Positions 33,215 to 42,895 are shown, numbered from the stretch's first letter. The stretch: DNA of 64,000 nt from Candidatus Latescibacterota bacterium (GCA_965243025.1 CBDETY010000003.1:128001-192000), one strand, 5' to 3'. Translations and numbers: made by a program. Notes: generated by a model not told the origin, from the sequence alone.

Positions 33215-33488
33215 GGCATCCTCTCCATGCTGTGGGGAAACTTACCTCGTGGAAATGAATATGCGGCCGAGTTGTTAGGATGATCAACCCAAACAGTCAA
33301 AAAAAGTCTGATCCTTGGAAGAACTCAGGAACAAATGATGAAAATACATTCCAAATTTAAATGATATGATTAAATGAGGATATTCTGCCAATATACCAAA
33401 AATTTGATGAAAAAGTCACAGTTTTGGCAAAAAGTCTGGGAAAAGCTTTTTTTACTATTCGTGAGACTCAACTCACATACAGGAGGAC

Positions 33489-35708
33489 ATGACGATGCGG
33501 ATCCCTGCCATCGCAGCATTCCTCGCTTTGACCACCTCCTCCGGGGCGATCACCTGGGAGTTCGAGGAGGACACCCAGGGCTGGCAGATCCGGCTCGGGG
33601 GCTCCAGCGGCAGCTTCTTCCCACCTCTCGATGCAGAGGTCGAGGAGGGGGTGCTCAGGATCCCTGTTACGGAACAGTTCCTTGAGCAGGTCGATTTCGG
33701 GGGCGAAGGCTATCTCTATGACCGCTATCCCGTCCTGATATCGCCGCAGCTGAACCTCGATTCCGGGCTCTTCGACCGGGTCGAGATTCGCCTGCGTTTC
33801 GTGCATCCGGATCCGGTTGCGACGGGAGTGTTCCTTTCCTGGATAAATGACCTCGACGCCAGTGAGTTCGGAGTGTCCCATGTCGAGCTGCCGGGGATCC
33901 TGGTCCCCGCGGTATTCACCTCGGAATGGCAGGAGGTGGTGTTCCATTCTCTGGACGAGGAGGAGCAATGGGACTCGGATGCCACGTGGGGTGGGATTCT
34001 GGAGGAGATCCGGCTTTCCATCGACCTGTTCGAGAGCTCGGAAGAGCGCCGGGAACCGGTCGACCTGAGCGAGCTGCCGGAGTGGGTGGAGATCGACCGC
34101 ATCGTGCTGACCGGGGTAGAGGAGCGCTTGCAGGGGGAGCTTCCCCCTCCGGAAGTATCGGCAACCCATGCTCCCGGCCTGCTGTTCGGGCCGTCCCAAT
34201 TCGTACCGATGGGGCAGGAGGGGTTGGGGCGTGTTACAACCACCGGGTTTCCGGGAACGGGGATTGCGGACCTCGACGGGGATGGGGATCTCGATGTGCT
34301 GGTGCCTTGGAGTTTGTTCGACCCGGATCGGTGTGGGTTCATGGCGGCGATGAACGACGGAACGGGCGTATTGAGCGAGACGTGGCGACCGGTGCCTGAG
34401 GTCTCGGTCGGGGGGCGGCCGTTCTACTTGCTGGGCGGATTGGTCGATGTCAACGGGGACGGACGCGTGGACCTGTTCTACCGTCACGTCGGGTTGGGGG
34501 TGTGGCTGACCGATGCGGAGGCCCCGGGGAGGTACGTCCACCAGGCGATCCCGGGCATGGGTCCGGACGACCAGGACGGGGACGGGATACACGACGGAAA
34601 CCCGAGATACCTCGACGACTTCGACGGAGACGAAGACGTCGACCTGCTGGTCTCGGTATACCGGTGGACGACGACAGGTGACTCTTTTCTGCGGCTGCTG
34701 CTCAACGATGGCGAGGGCGGCTATTCACCTGGAGACTTCTGGGAGTTTCCGCAGTACTGGGCGAGACGAGTGCGCGACTTCGACGGAGATGGGAAGCTGG
34801 ATTTGAGGTGGTTTCCCATCGATTCTCAGTACAATCCCCGGGCCCGGATCGTGATGCTGCTGAGCTACAACATCCTGGAATCAGGCACGGAGCAGACCTT
34901 CGAGATGGTGGTCGAGGACGCAAGTGGCCTGGATTTACCTATGCCGTTCGCATACGGGGACTTCAGCGGGGACGGGGCCTTCGACATGATCCTTCCCGGG
35001 AGGACGGTAGAGGAGTGGGGCAGGGACCGCCACAGCATGCTGATCGCGGTGAACGACGGCACTGACCAGCATTTCGAGCTCATGCCCTGGCAGGGGGAGG
35101 AGGTCGTGTACGACCACATCTCTGATTTCCCTACCAGCATTGACCTGAACGGAGACGGCCTGCTGGACGTGGTGGTGGCAAACCGCCACCGGCGAACCGG
35201 CCGGAACGTCATCGTCTACCTCGGCCAGAAAGACGGCTTTCCGATCGAGGAGGGGCGGTACGGGCTGGCAGGGTTCGGGAACGCGGTCTGGGCCGGCGAC
35301 CTCGACGCGGACGCAGACCTGGACCTGGTGGTGATCGACGGCCAGTACCGGGGCGGGGGGCTGCACGTGCTCTACAACCGGCTCGACCCGCCCACCGCAG
35401 TCGAGGTGTCCTCAGCGGCGGTTCCGGACGCCCATTCACTGGGGCAAGCCTACCCCAACCCCTTCAACCCCGACCTGGCGATTCCGCTGACTCTTGCCCA
35501 GGCTGAGCGGCAGGTAACGGTTCGCGTCTACAACAGCCTCGGGCAGGAGGTTCGGCGCTTGACCCATGGGCCCCTGGACGCGGGGCACCACTCCCTGGCC
35601 TGGGACGGCCGGGACCGCGGCGGTCACCCAGTGGCCTCCGGGAGCTATCTGCTGAAGGTCAGCGCCGGCGACTGGGAGGCGGCGCGCAAGGTAGTGAAGG
35701 CCCGGTAG
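33489..35708 (+). CDS. Secreted FG-GAP/VCBS propeller protein with FlgD-Ig/T9SS-like tail (paralog A)
   Basis: AGGAGG RBS; signal; DxDGDGDxD repeats; AYPNPFNP...VYNSLGQEV...WDGRD...SGSY. Confidence 0.85.
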   Translation: MTMRIPAIAAFLALTTSSGAITWEFEEDTQGWQIRLGGSSGSFFPPLDAEVEEGVLRIPVTEQFLEQVDFGGEGYLYDRYPVLISPQLNLDSGLFDRVEIRLRFVHPDPVATGVFLSWINDLDASEFGVSHVELPGILVPAVFTSEWQEVVFHSLDEEEQWDSDATWGGILEEIRLSIDLFESSEERREPVDLSELPEWVEIDRIVLTGVEERLQGELPPPEVSATHAPGLLFGPSQFVPMGQEGLGRVTTTGFPGTGIADLDGDGDLDVLVPWSLFDPDRCGFMAAMNDGTGVLSETWRPVPEVSVGGRPFYLLGGLVDVNGDGRVDLFYRHVGLGVWLTDAEAPGRYVHQAIPGMGPDDQDGDGIHDGNPRYLDDFDGDEDVDLLVSVYRWTTTGDSFLRLLLNDGEGGYSPGDFWEFPQYWARRVRDFDGDGKLDLRWFPIDSQYNPRARIVMLLSYNILESGTEQTFEMVVEDASGLDLPMPFAYGDFSGDGAFDMILPGRTVEEWGRDRHSMLIAVNDGTDQHFELMPWQGEEVVYDHISDFPTSIDLNGDGLLDVVVANRHRRTGRNVIVYLGQKDGFPIEEGRYGLAGFGNAVWAGDLDADADLDLVVIDGQYRGGGLHVLYNRLDPPTAVEVSSAAVPDAHSLGQAYPNPFNPDLAIPLTLAQAERQVTVRVYNSLGQEVRRLTHGPLDAGHHSLAWDGRDRGGHPVASGSYLLKVSAGDWEAARKVVKAR

Positions 35709-35720
35709 CGTCCCCGGGGC

Positions 35721-35800
35721 TCAGTTTGCACACGGGTTCGTGCTTACCCAAAAGGCCGGCCATCCCGGCGACCCAGATAGACGTGCCGGGTACAAACTGA
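35721..35800. repeat. Imperfect 15-bp inverted repeat between the duplicated genes
   Basis: TCAGTTTGCACACGG ... CCGGGTACAAACTGA. Confidence 0.6.
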
Positions 35801-35842
35801 ACCGGTTTTCACACCCCGGGCCATTCCCAGATACAGGAGGGT

Positions 35843-38065
35843 ATGGAAATGCGAACCGTAGCCATGGCGGCATTGCTTCTCGCTTTTACCACCTCCCCCG
35901 GGGCGATCACCTGGGAGTTCGAGGAGGACACCCAGGGCTGGCAGATCCGTCTCGGGGGCTCCTCCGGCAGCTTCTTCCCACCTCTCGATGCGGTGGTCGA
36001 GGAAGGGGTGCTCAGGATACCTGTTACGGAACAGTTCCTTGAGCAAGTCGATTACAGGGGCGAGGGCTATCTCTATGACCGCTATCCCGTCCTGATATCG
36101 CCGCAGCTGGACCTCGATTCCGGGCTCTTCGACCGGGTCGAGATTCGCCTGCGTTTCGTGCATCCGGATCCGGTGGCGACGGGAGTGTTCCTTTCCTGGA
36201 TAAATGACCTCGACGCCAGTGAGTTCGGAGTGTCCCATATCGAGCTGCCTGGGATCCTGGTCCCCACGGTATTCACCTCGGAATGGCAGGAGGTGGTGTT
36301 CCATTCTCTGGACGAGGAGGAGCAATGGGACTCGGATGCCACCTGGGGTGGGATTCTGGAGGAGATCCGGCTTTCCATCGACCTGTTCGAGAGCTCGGAA
36401 GAGCGCCGGGAGCCTGTCGACCTGAGCGAGCTGCCGGAGTGGGTGGAGATCGACCGCATCGTGCTGACCGGGGTGGAGGAGCGCCTGCAGGGGGAGCTTC
36501 CGCCTCCGGAGGTATCGGCAACCCATGCTCCCGGCCTGCTGTTCGGTCCGCCCCAATTCGTGCCGATGGGGCAGGAGGGGTTGGGGCGTGCTACAACCAC
36601 CGGGTTTCCGGGCACGGGGATTGCGGACCTCGACGGGGATGGGGATCTCGATGTGCTGGTACCTTGGGGGGCGTCCGGGCCGGATAGAGGCGGCTTCGTA
36701 GCGGCGATGAACGATGGAACGGGGGTGCTCAGCGAGGTCCACCGGCCGGTGCCTTCCAGGGCGGTCGACTTTCACCCCATTTACTACCTGGGCGGGTTGG
36801 CCGACGCCAACGGGGATGGTCTGGTAGACCTGTTCTACCGTCACGTAGGGTTGGGGGTGTGGCTGACGGATGCGGAGGCCCCGGGGAGGTACGTCCATCA
36901 GGCGATCCCGGGAATGGGTCCGGACGACCAGGACGGGGACGGGGTACACGACGGATTCCCCAAATACCTCGACGACTTCGACGGAGACGGAGACGTCGAC
37001 CTGCTGGTCGAGGTATACCGGTGGACGACGACGGATGACTCTTTTCTGCGGCTGCTGCTCAACGACGGGGAGGGCGGTTATTCACCTGGAGACTTCTGGG
37101 AGTTTCCGCAGTACTGGGCGGGGCCGGTGCGCGACTTCGACGGAGATGGGAACCTGGATATGAGGTGGTTTCCCATGGATGCTCTGTACAACCCCCGGGC
37201 AAGGATCGTGATGCTGCTGAGCTACAACATCCTGGAATCAGGCACGGAGCAGACCTTCGAGATGGTGGTCGAGGACGCAAGTGGCCTGGATTATCCTATG
37301 CCGTTCGCATACGGGGACTTCAGCGGGGACGGGGCCTTCGACATGATCCTGCCCGGTAGGCTGGTAAGGGAGGGGGGTAGGGACCGGCACAGCATGCTGA
37401 TCGCGGAGAACGATGGCTCCAACCAGCATTTCGAGCTCATGCCCTGGCAGGGGGAGGAGGTCGTGTACGACGACATCTCTGGTTACCCTACCAGCATTGA
37501 CCTGAACGGAGACGGGCTGCTGGACGTGGTGGTGGCCAACCGCCACCGGCGAACCGGCCGGAACGTCATCGTCTACCTCGGCCAGAAGGACGGCTTTCCG
37601 ATCGAGGAGGGGCGGTACGGACTGGCTGGGTTCGGGAACGCGGTCTGGCCGGGCGACCTCGACGGGGACGCAGACCTGGACCTGGTGGTGATCGACGGCC
37701 AGTACCGGGGCGGGGGGCTGCACGTGCTCTACAACCGGCTCGACCCGGCGACCGCGGTCGAGACGGCCTCGGCGGCGGTTCCGGACGCCCATGCGTTGGG
37801 GCAAGCCTACCCCAACCCCTTCAACCCCGACGTGGCGATTCCGCTGACTCTTGCCCAGGCTGAGCGGCAGGTAACGGTTCGCGTCTACAACAGCCTCGGG
37901 CAGGAGGTTCGGCGCTTGACCCATGGGCCCCTGGCCGCCGGGCACCACTCCCTTTCCTGGGACGGGCGGGACCGCGGCGGTCAGCCGGTCGCCTCGGGGA
38001 GCTACCTGCTGAAGGTCAGCGCCGGGGACTGGGAGGCGGCCCGCAAGGTAGTGAAGGCCCGGTAA
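35843..38065 (+). CDS. Secreted FG-GAP/VCBS propeller protein with FlgD-Ig tail (paralog B, tandem duplicate)
   Basis: Near-identical to 33489..35708 at DNA and protein level. Confidence 0.85.
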   Translation: MEMRTVAMAALLLAFTTSPGAITWEFEEDTQGWQIRLGGSSGSFFPPLDAVVEEGVLRIPVTEQFLEQVDYRGEGYLYDRYPVLISPQLDLDSGLFDRVEIRLRFVHPDPVATGVFLSWINDLDASEFGVSHIELPGILVPTVFTSEWQEVVFHSLDEEEQWDSDATWGGILEEIRLSIDLFESSEERREPVDLSELPEWVEIDRIVLTGVEERLQGELPPPEVSATHAPGLLFGPPQFVPMGQEGLGRATTTGFPGTGIADLDGDGDLDVLVPWGASGPDRGGFVAAMNDGTGVLSEVHRPVPSRAVDFHPIYYLGGLADANGDGLVDLFYRHVGLGVWLTDAEAPGRYVHQAIPGMGPDDQDGDGVHDGFPKYLDDFDGDGDVDLLVEVYRWTTTDDSFLRLLLNDGEGGYSPGDFWEFPQYWAGPVRDFDGDGNLDMRWFPMDALYNPRARIVMLLSYNILESGTEQTFEMVVEDASGLDYPMPFAYGDFSGDGAFDMILPGRLVREGGRDRHSMLIAENDGSNQHFELMPWQGEEVVYDDISGYPTSIDLNGDGLLDVVVANRHRRTGRNVIVYLGQKDGFPIEEGRYGLAGFGNAVWPGDLDGDADLDLVVIDGQYRGGGLHVLYNRLDPATAVETASAAVPDAHALGQAYPNPFNPDVAIPLTLAQAERQVTVRVYNSLGQEVRRLTHGPLAAGHHSLSWDGRDRGGQPVASGSYLLKVSAGDWEAARKVVKAR

Positions 38066-38107
38066 ACCCGGGTTCGTACCCGGTCCGGTCTCCCGGGCTG
38101 GGTGCCG

Positions 38108-38677
38108 TCACCCGCTCCCGGTGTCGAAACCGTCGGCGAGCGCCCGCAAAAGGGACTCGGGGTCGGCCTCGACGCGCAGCAGCGACCGGTGCCCGGGGCT
38201 GAGGAACTGCTGTTCGACCGCTTCGTCGAGGAAGGCGATCAGGTGGTCGAAATAGCCGCCCGTGTTGAGCAGCCCGACCGGTTTTGCGTGGAAACCGAGC
38301 TGCGACCAGGCCAGCGCCTCGAACAGCTCCTCCATGGTGCCGTACCCGCCCGGCAACGCCGCGAAGGCGTCCGAGCGGCGGGCCATGTGCGCCTTGCGCT
38401 CGTGCATGTCGCCGGCGACGATCAGTTCGTGCAGGTTTCCGTGGGCGGCCTCCTGCTCCTGCAGGGCGCGGGGGATCACACCGACGACGCGGCCCCCGGC
38501 TTCGAGAGCGGCCACGGCCACGGCCCCCATCAGCCCGACGTTCCCTCCGCCGTACACCAGTCCCATCCCCGAACGGGCGATGGTCCTGCCCAGGGCCTCG
38601 GCTTCGCGGCGGTACTCCTCTCCCCGGCCGGACTTCGAGCCGCAGTACACGCAGATGTTCCGGGTGGTTCCGTTCAT
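38108..38677 (-). CDS. LOG-family (TIGR00730) nucleotide phosphoribohydrolase
   Basis: ICVYCGS, LVYGGGNVGLMG, MHERK, LPGGYGTMEE. Confidence 0.92.
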   Translation of the reverse strand: MNGTTRNICVYCGSKSGRGEEYRREAEALGRTIARSGMGLVYGGGNVGLMGAVAVAALEAGGRVVGVIPRALQEQEAAHGNLHELIVAGDMHERKAHMARRSDAFAALPGGYGTMEELFEALAWSQLGFHAKPVGLLNTGGYFDHLIAFLDEAVEQQFLSPGHRSLLRVEADPESLLRALADGFDTGSG

Positions 38678-38949
38678 GTCGCTTTCCGGGGTCTTCCCGA
38701 TGAGACCAAAGAAAAACAAGCCGTGATCCCAATTCCGGCTCGTTGGCCGAGGCGGGGGTCAGGGGCGCACTTCCAGGTCCAGACTGTCAGCCGCAACCCG
38801 CCGTCAGCGCGTTGGAGCGGCCGGGATTCCGCAAACTCCGGACCCGGACCTCCCGGTGCCGGGTCGGCGGGGTGGAAGCGCGGTGTCCACGAACAGAGGT
38901 GCAGCGAGTCCCCCTCTTATCCGCAAACCCTCCGCAGGCGAGCAGACCA

Positions 38950-39489
38950 TTATCCCCCCATACCCGGTCGCGCGCCGGCAAGGGCGGCATCGGCGGGAAG
39001 GACCTGCCCGGCGTTTTCGGGGGTTGCCACAGGGGCTGAACTCAGCCGTGCGGACATCAACTCGCTCATCTCCCGGGCGGAAGGGGCGGCGAGAAGGAGG
39101 TGGACGAAGTCGCTGTCCCCGAAGGCCCCGGCGAGGAGGGAGAGGAGGCCGAGGTAGGGGCGCGGCGAGTCCATCGGCACGGCGATCACGCAGACCGCAC
39201 GCACCGCGCAGAGGTCGTCGCCGCTCGGGTAGTAGATCGGCTCGTCGCACACACCCAGGGCCATCCCCAGGCCGGTGACGCTGCGGGCGCGGGCATGAGG
39301 AAGAGCGATGGTGCCGCCTATCACGGTGCTGCCCAGGTTCTCCCGTTCGAGAACCAGCTGCAAGAAACTGAGGCTGTCGTTGAGCCGTCCGGCGCGGTAG
39401 AGGCGGTCGACGAGCTGTTTGATGGCGCCGATCTTGGAGTCGGAACGGAGACGGGGGACCATCATGGTCTGTTCGAGCAGACCGGACAT
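38950..39489 (-). CDS. PTS EIIA (Ntr/fructose-type) domain protein
   Basis: LERENLGST..G..IALPHAR phospho-His motif; start 39489 or 39561. Confidence 0.85.
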   Translation of the reverse strand: MSGLLEQTMMVPRLRSDSKIGAIKQLVDRLYRAGRLNDSLSFLQLVLERENLGSTVIGGTIALPHARARSVTGLGMALGVCDEPIYYPSGDDLCAVRAVCVIAVPMDSPRPYLGLLSLLAGAFGDSDFVHLLLAAPSAREMSELMSARLSSAPVATPENAGQVLPADAALAGARPGMGG

Positions 39490-39780
39490 GGCGGGAAAGG
39501 CCCCGGGAGGGTTGCCTGCTGCAAAATCTGCGTCGCTGTCCGCGGCGTCGCGGAAAATCATCGTAACTGGTTGTTTATTCTTGCTTAATGAAAATCGGAC
39601 AGCAGGGGTTGGCGGGCTGCATTAATTGCACGGTATCGAGAAGAGTCGGGGCAATGACCTTAACAATGTTGGCGGGCCCAACTCCCGGTGAGATTCCGTG
39701 GCCCGAGGCGGGGAATCGCGGTGGTTTTCGGAATTCCGGGCGGGCAGTTGCCGGCGCAACCCCCGGCCGCCAACGATCTA

Positions 39781-39796
39781 TGCAAACTCGGTGCCA
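39781..39796 (-). promoter_or_regulatory. Sigma54 promoter
   Basis: Minus strand TGGCACCGAGTTTGCA; TGCA-N5-TGCA palindrome upstream at 39907-39919. Confidence 0.8.
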
Positions 39797-39934
39797 GGGG
39801 TCGGAACAGTATCGTTTACTTGCTGTTTTATCTCAGGTTGCGCGAATTACAAAAAAACCCGGGAAGTCGTGTTCCCGCCTTGCCACCTCCGGAAGGTGGG
39901 CCTCGGTGCAAGAATTGCATACAGGCGAACCAGG

Positions 39935-41326
39935 TCAGGTCAGCTTGTACTGCTTGAGCTTGTACTGCAGGGAGCGCACGCTGATTCCCAGCATCGCGGC
40001 GGCCTCGCGGCGGTTCGAGGTCACCCGCTGCAGCGTCTGCCGGATCAACTCCGCTTCCACGTCCTCGATGGAGGAGCCGAGGGAGATGGTGAACTCCCCG
40101 ATTCCCGCACCCGGCTGGTCGATCGCCGCCTCCCCCAGGGCCTCGCGCAGGTGCCGGGGCTCGATGGTGTTCTCGGGGCAGGTGATCACCAGGCGCTGAA
40201 TGATGTTGCGCAGCTCGCGCACGTTACCCGGCCAGTGGTAGGAGACGAAGAGGTCGACGGCCTCCCTGCCGATCTTCTTGCGGGGCTGGTCGTAGGCCCG
40301 GCAGGCCTCGTCGAAGAAGGTCTCGACGAGCAGCGGGATGTCCTCGCGCCGCTCTCTCAGGGGGGGGACGTCGATGGGCACGACGTTGAGGCGGTAGAAG
40401 AGATCCTCGCGGAACTCCCCCTCGCTGACCGCGGTTTCGAGGTGGCGGTTGGTGGCGGCGATGACGCGCACGTCCGCCTTGTGGACCCTGGTGTCGCCGA
40501 GCGGCTGGAACTCGCGGTTCTCGAGGGCGCGCAGCAGCTCGACCTGGTTCTTCAGCGGGATCTCGCCCACTTCGTCGAGGAACAGGGTGCCCTTCTCGGC
40601 CAGGGCGAAGCGGCCGGCCCGGTCGACGTGGGCCCCGGTGAAGGCGCCGCGCTTGTGGCCGAACAGCTCGCTGCCGAACAGGTCCTGGGTGAAGCCGCCG
40701 CAGTTGACGGGAACGAAAGGCCCCTCCTTCCGGCGGCTGCGCTCGTGGATGGTGCGCGCGATCAGCTCCTTGCCGGCCCCGGTCTCCCCCCTGATCAGCA
40801 CCGGAACGTCGGACAGGGCCACCTGCTTGACGGTGCGCGTCGCCTGCTGCATGGAAGCGCTGCGGCGCACGATGCGCCGGAACGGGTCGTCGCTGTCGCC
40901 GCGGCCGAGGCGGTCGTGCAGCTCCCGGTTCTCGCGCACGAGCCGGACCCGGTCGAGGGCGCGGTTGACGATGAGGCGGACGTGGGTCAGGTCGACGGGC
41001 TTGGTGACGAAATCGAAGGCCCCCTTCTTCATCGCCTCGACCGCGGTATCGACGCTGCCGTGCGCGGTGAGGATGACGACGTTCGATTCGGGGTGGCGCT
41101 CGCGGATTTCCTCGAGCAGGTCCATTCCCGAGACACCCGGCATGCGCAGGTCGAGGAGGATGACGTCGAAGGCTCCCTTGCGCAGCCGGCGGCGCACCTC
41201 CCGGGCGTCGGAGGCGGTCTGGAGGTCGAGACCCGGCTCCTGCAGGGCGTCCTGCAGCCCTTCGCGGATGAAGACCTCGTCATCGGCGATGAGGAGGCGC
41301 GCCCGCGAGCTGCCGTGGTCTTTCAT
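39935..41326 (-). CDS. NtrC/AtoC-family sigma54 response regulator
   Basis: REC (ADDE, LDLRMP, TAHG, KP), GETGAGKE, GAFTGA, HTH. Confidence 0.93.
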   Translation of the reverse strand: MKDHGSSRARLLIADDEVFIREGLQDALQEPGLDLQTASDAREVRRRLRKGAFDVILLDLRMPGVSGMDLLEEIRERHPESNVVILTAHGSVDTAVEAMKKGAFDFVTKPVDLTHVRLIVNRALDRVRLVRENRELHDRLGRGDSDDPFRRIVRRSASMQQATRTVKQVALSDVPVLIRGETGAGKELIARTIHERSRRKEGPFVPVNCGGFTQDLFGSELFGHKRGAFTGAHVDRAGRFALAEKGTLFLDEVGEIPLKNQVELLRALENREFQPLGDTRVHKADVRVIAATNRHLETAVSEGEFREDLFYRLNVVPIDVPPLRERREDIPLLVETFFDEACRAYDQPRKKIGREAVDLFVSYHWPGNVRELRNIIQRLVITCPENTIEPRHLREALGEAAIDQPGAGIGEFTISLGSSIEDVEAELIRQTLQRVTSNRREAAAMLGISVRSLQYKLKQYKLT

Positions 41327-42105
41327 GTTTGCCGGTTTTCCGAAGGAACGGCGAGGGGAAGGCGAACGGACACCGTGGTTCCCGCTCCCTCCTCGCTCTC
41401 CACTTCAAGGCTGCCCTGGTGCTGGTCGATGATCCGTTGGGCGATGGAGAGCCCCAGTCCGGTGCCCGTGTCCTTCGTAGTATAGTAGTACTCGAAGATC
41501 CTCTCCAGGTCGCCGGGAGGGATGCCGCAACCCCGGTCGCCGATGGTCACCAGGGCGCTGCGGTCGTCCGCGGCCCCCAGGCGGATCTCGACGAGCGCGC
41601 CGCTGCCGCGGGGCTCACCGCCGGCCTCGCCGCAGGCCTGCATGGCGTTGATCAGGAGGTTGAGGAACGCCTGGCTCAGCAGGTTCTCGTCGGCGTCGAT
41701 GACCGCGGCCGGCTCCCCGTCCCCGCCGTGAAACTCCAGGGCGATTCCGCGCTCCCGCGCTTCCGGCTCGATCAGTTCGCGGAGGCGGGCAAGCAGCTCG
41801 GAGAGCGATACCCGCGCCAGGTGCAGCGCCGGCGGCCGCGAGAAGCGCAGGAAGTTCTGCACGATCCGGTCGAGCCGGCGCAGCTCGGCGCGCGCCGTGT
41901 CGAGCCGTTCGCCGGCGCGCTCGCCGGAGCCGGCCCGCAGCTCCTCCTGCAGCAGCTGCAGCTGGATGTCGATCGCTCCGAGGGGATTGCGGACCTCGTG
42001 CGCGACCGAGGCGGCGAGGCGGCCGAGGGCCGCCATCCTGTCGCCGAGCAGGATCTCCCGCTCGCTGCGCCGCTCTCCTTCTTCCCGCCCGCCGGTTTCG
42101 CTCAT
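41323..42105 (-). CDS. Histidine kinase core (HisKA + HATPase) with no sensor domain
   Basis: AHEVRNPL, NLLINA, DRGCGI, TTKDTGTGLGL. Confidence 0.85.
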   Translation of the reverse strand: MSETGGREEGERRSEREILLGDRMAALGRLAASVAHEVRNPLGAIDIQLQLLQEELRAGSGERAGERLDTARAELRRLDRIVQNFLRFSRPPALHLARVSLSELLARLRELIEPEARERGIALEFHGGDGEPAAVIDADENLLSQAFLNLLINAMQACGEAGGEPRGSGALVEIRLGAADDRSALVTIGDRGCGIPPGDLERIFEYYYTTKDTGTGLGLSIAQRIIDQHQGSLEVESEEGAGTTVSVRLPLAVPSENRQT

Positions 42106-42157
42106 TGACAGGTTTTCCGCCGCGGGATAGGGTTGCCGCGCGGCTCGGTTCAACAGG

Positions 42158-42895
42158 TTGAAAGGGGTGGTCTTGGCTGACGATACGGAATCGGTACGGG
42201 CTCGCAAGCAGCGCATTCAGCAGATGTTCAACGCCATCGCCGGGCGCTACGACCTGCTCAACCACCTGCTGAGCGGCGGCGTCGACTTCTACTGGCGCCG
42301 CCGGGCCCTGGCTTCGGTGCGCCGCCGCGGCCCCGGCCGCGTCCTCGACCTCGCCACCGGCACCGGGGATTTCGCGCGCGCCGCCGGCCGCCTCGCCCCC
42401 GGCCGCGTCGTCGGGGTGGACGTCGCCATCGACATGGTCCGCATCGCCCGTGCCAAGCTCGGGGACGCCCCCGGGGGCAGAGGCCCGGACCTGTTGGCGG
42501 GGGACGCGGAGATGCTGCCCTTCCGGGACCGCAGCTTCGACCTCGTCACCGTCGCCTTCGGGGCGCGCAACTTCGGCAGCGTCGGCGCCGGCCTCGCCGA
42601 GGCGGAGCGCGTCCTCAGATCCGGAGGGGAGGTGATCGTCCTCGAGTTCACCGAACCGACCCTGCCGGGGTTCCGCCAGCTCTACGGCTTCTACTTCCAC
42701 CGCGTCCTGCCGCTCGTCGGGGGGCTGATCTCCGGAAACAGGGAGGCCTACTCCTACCTGCCGCGCTCGGTAGGCCGCTTCCCGCAGGGGAAGGAGTTCC
42801 TCGAGTTGATGGAAGCGGCCGGGTTCACCGGCACCAGGGCGACCCCCCTGACATTCGGTATCTGCGCCGTCTACGAGGGCCGCAAGTCCGATTGA
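42158..42895 (+). CDS. menG: Demethylmenaquinone methyltransferase (UbiE/MenG)
   Basis: MFNAIAGRYDLLNHLLS, LDLATGTGD, AFGARN, AYSYLP; start may be 42173. Confidence 0.92.
   Translation: MKGVVLADDTESVRARKQRIQQMFNAIAGRYDLLNHLLSGGVDFYWRRRALASVRRRGPGRVLDLATGTGDFARAAGRLAPGRVVGVDVAIDMVRIARAKLGDAPGGRGPDLLAGDAEMLPFRDRSFDLVTVAFGARNFGSVGAGLAEAERVLRSGGEVIVLEFTEPTLPGFRQLYGFYFHRVLPLVGGLISGNREAYSYLPRSVGRFPQGKEFLELMEAAGFTGTRATPLTFGICAVYEGRKSD

Noticed and set aside
33489-38065. Diversity-generating retroelement (TR/VR pair)
   Set aside because: The whole gene is duplicated, the differences inspected are not adenine-specific, and no reverse transcriptase is present
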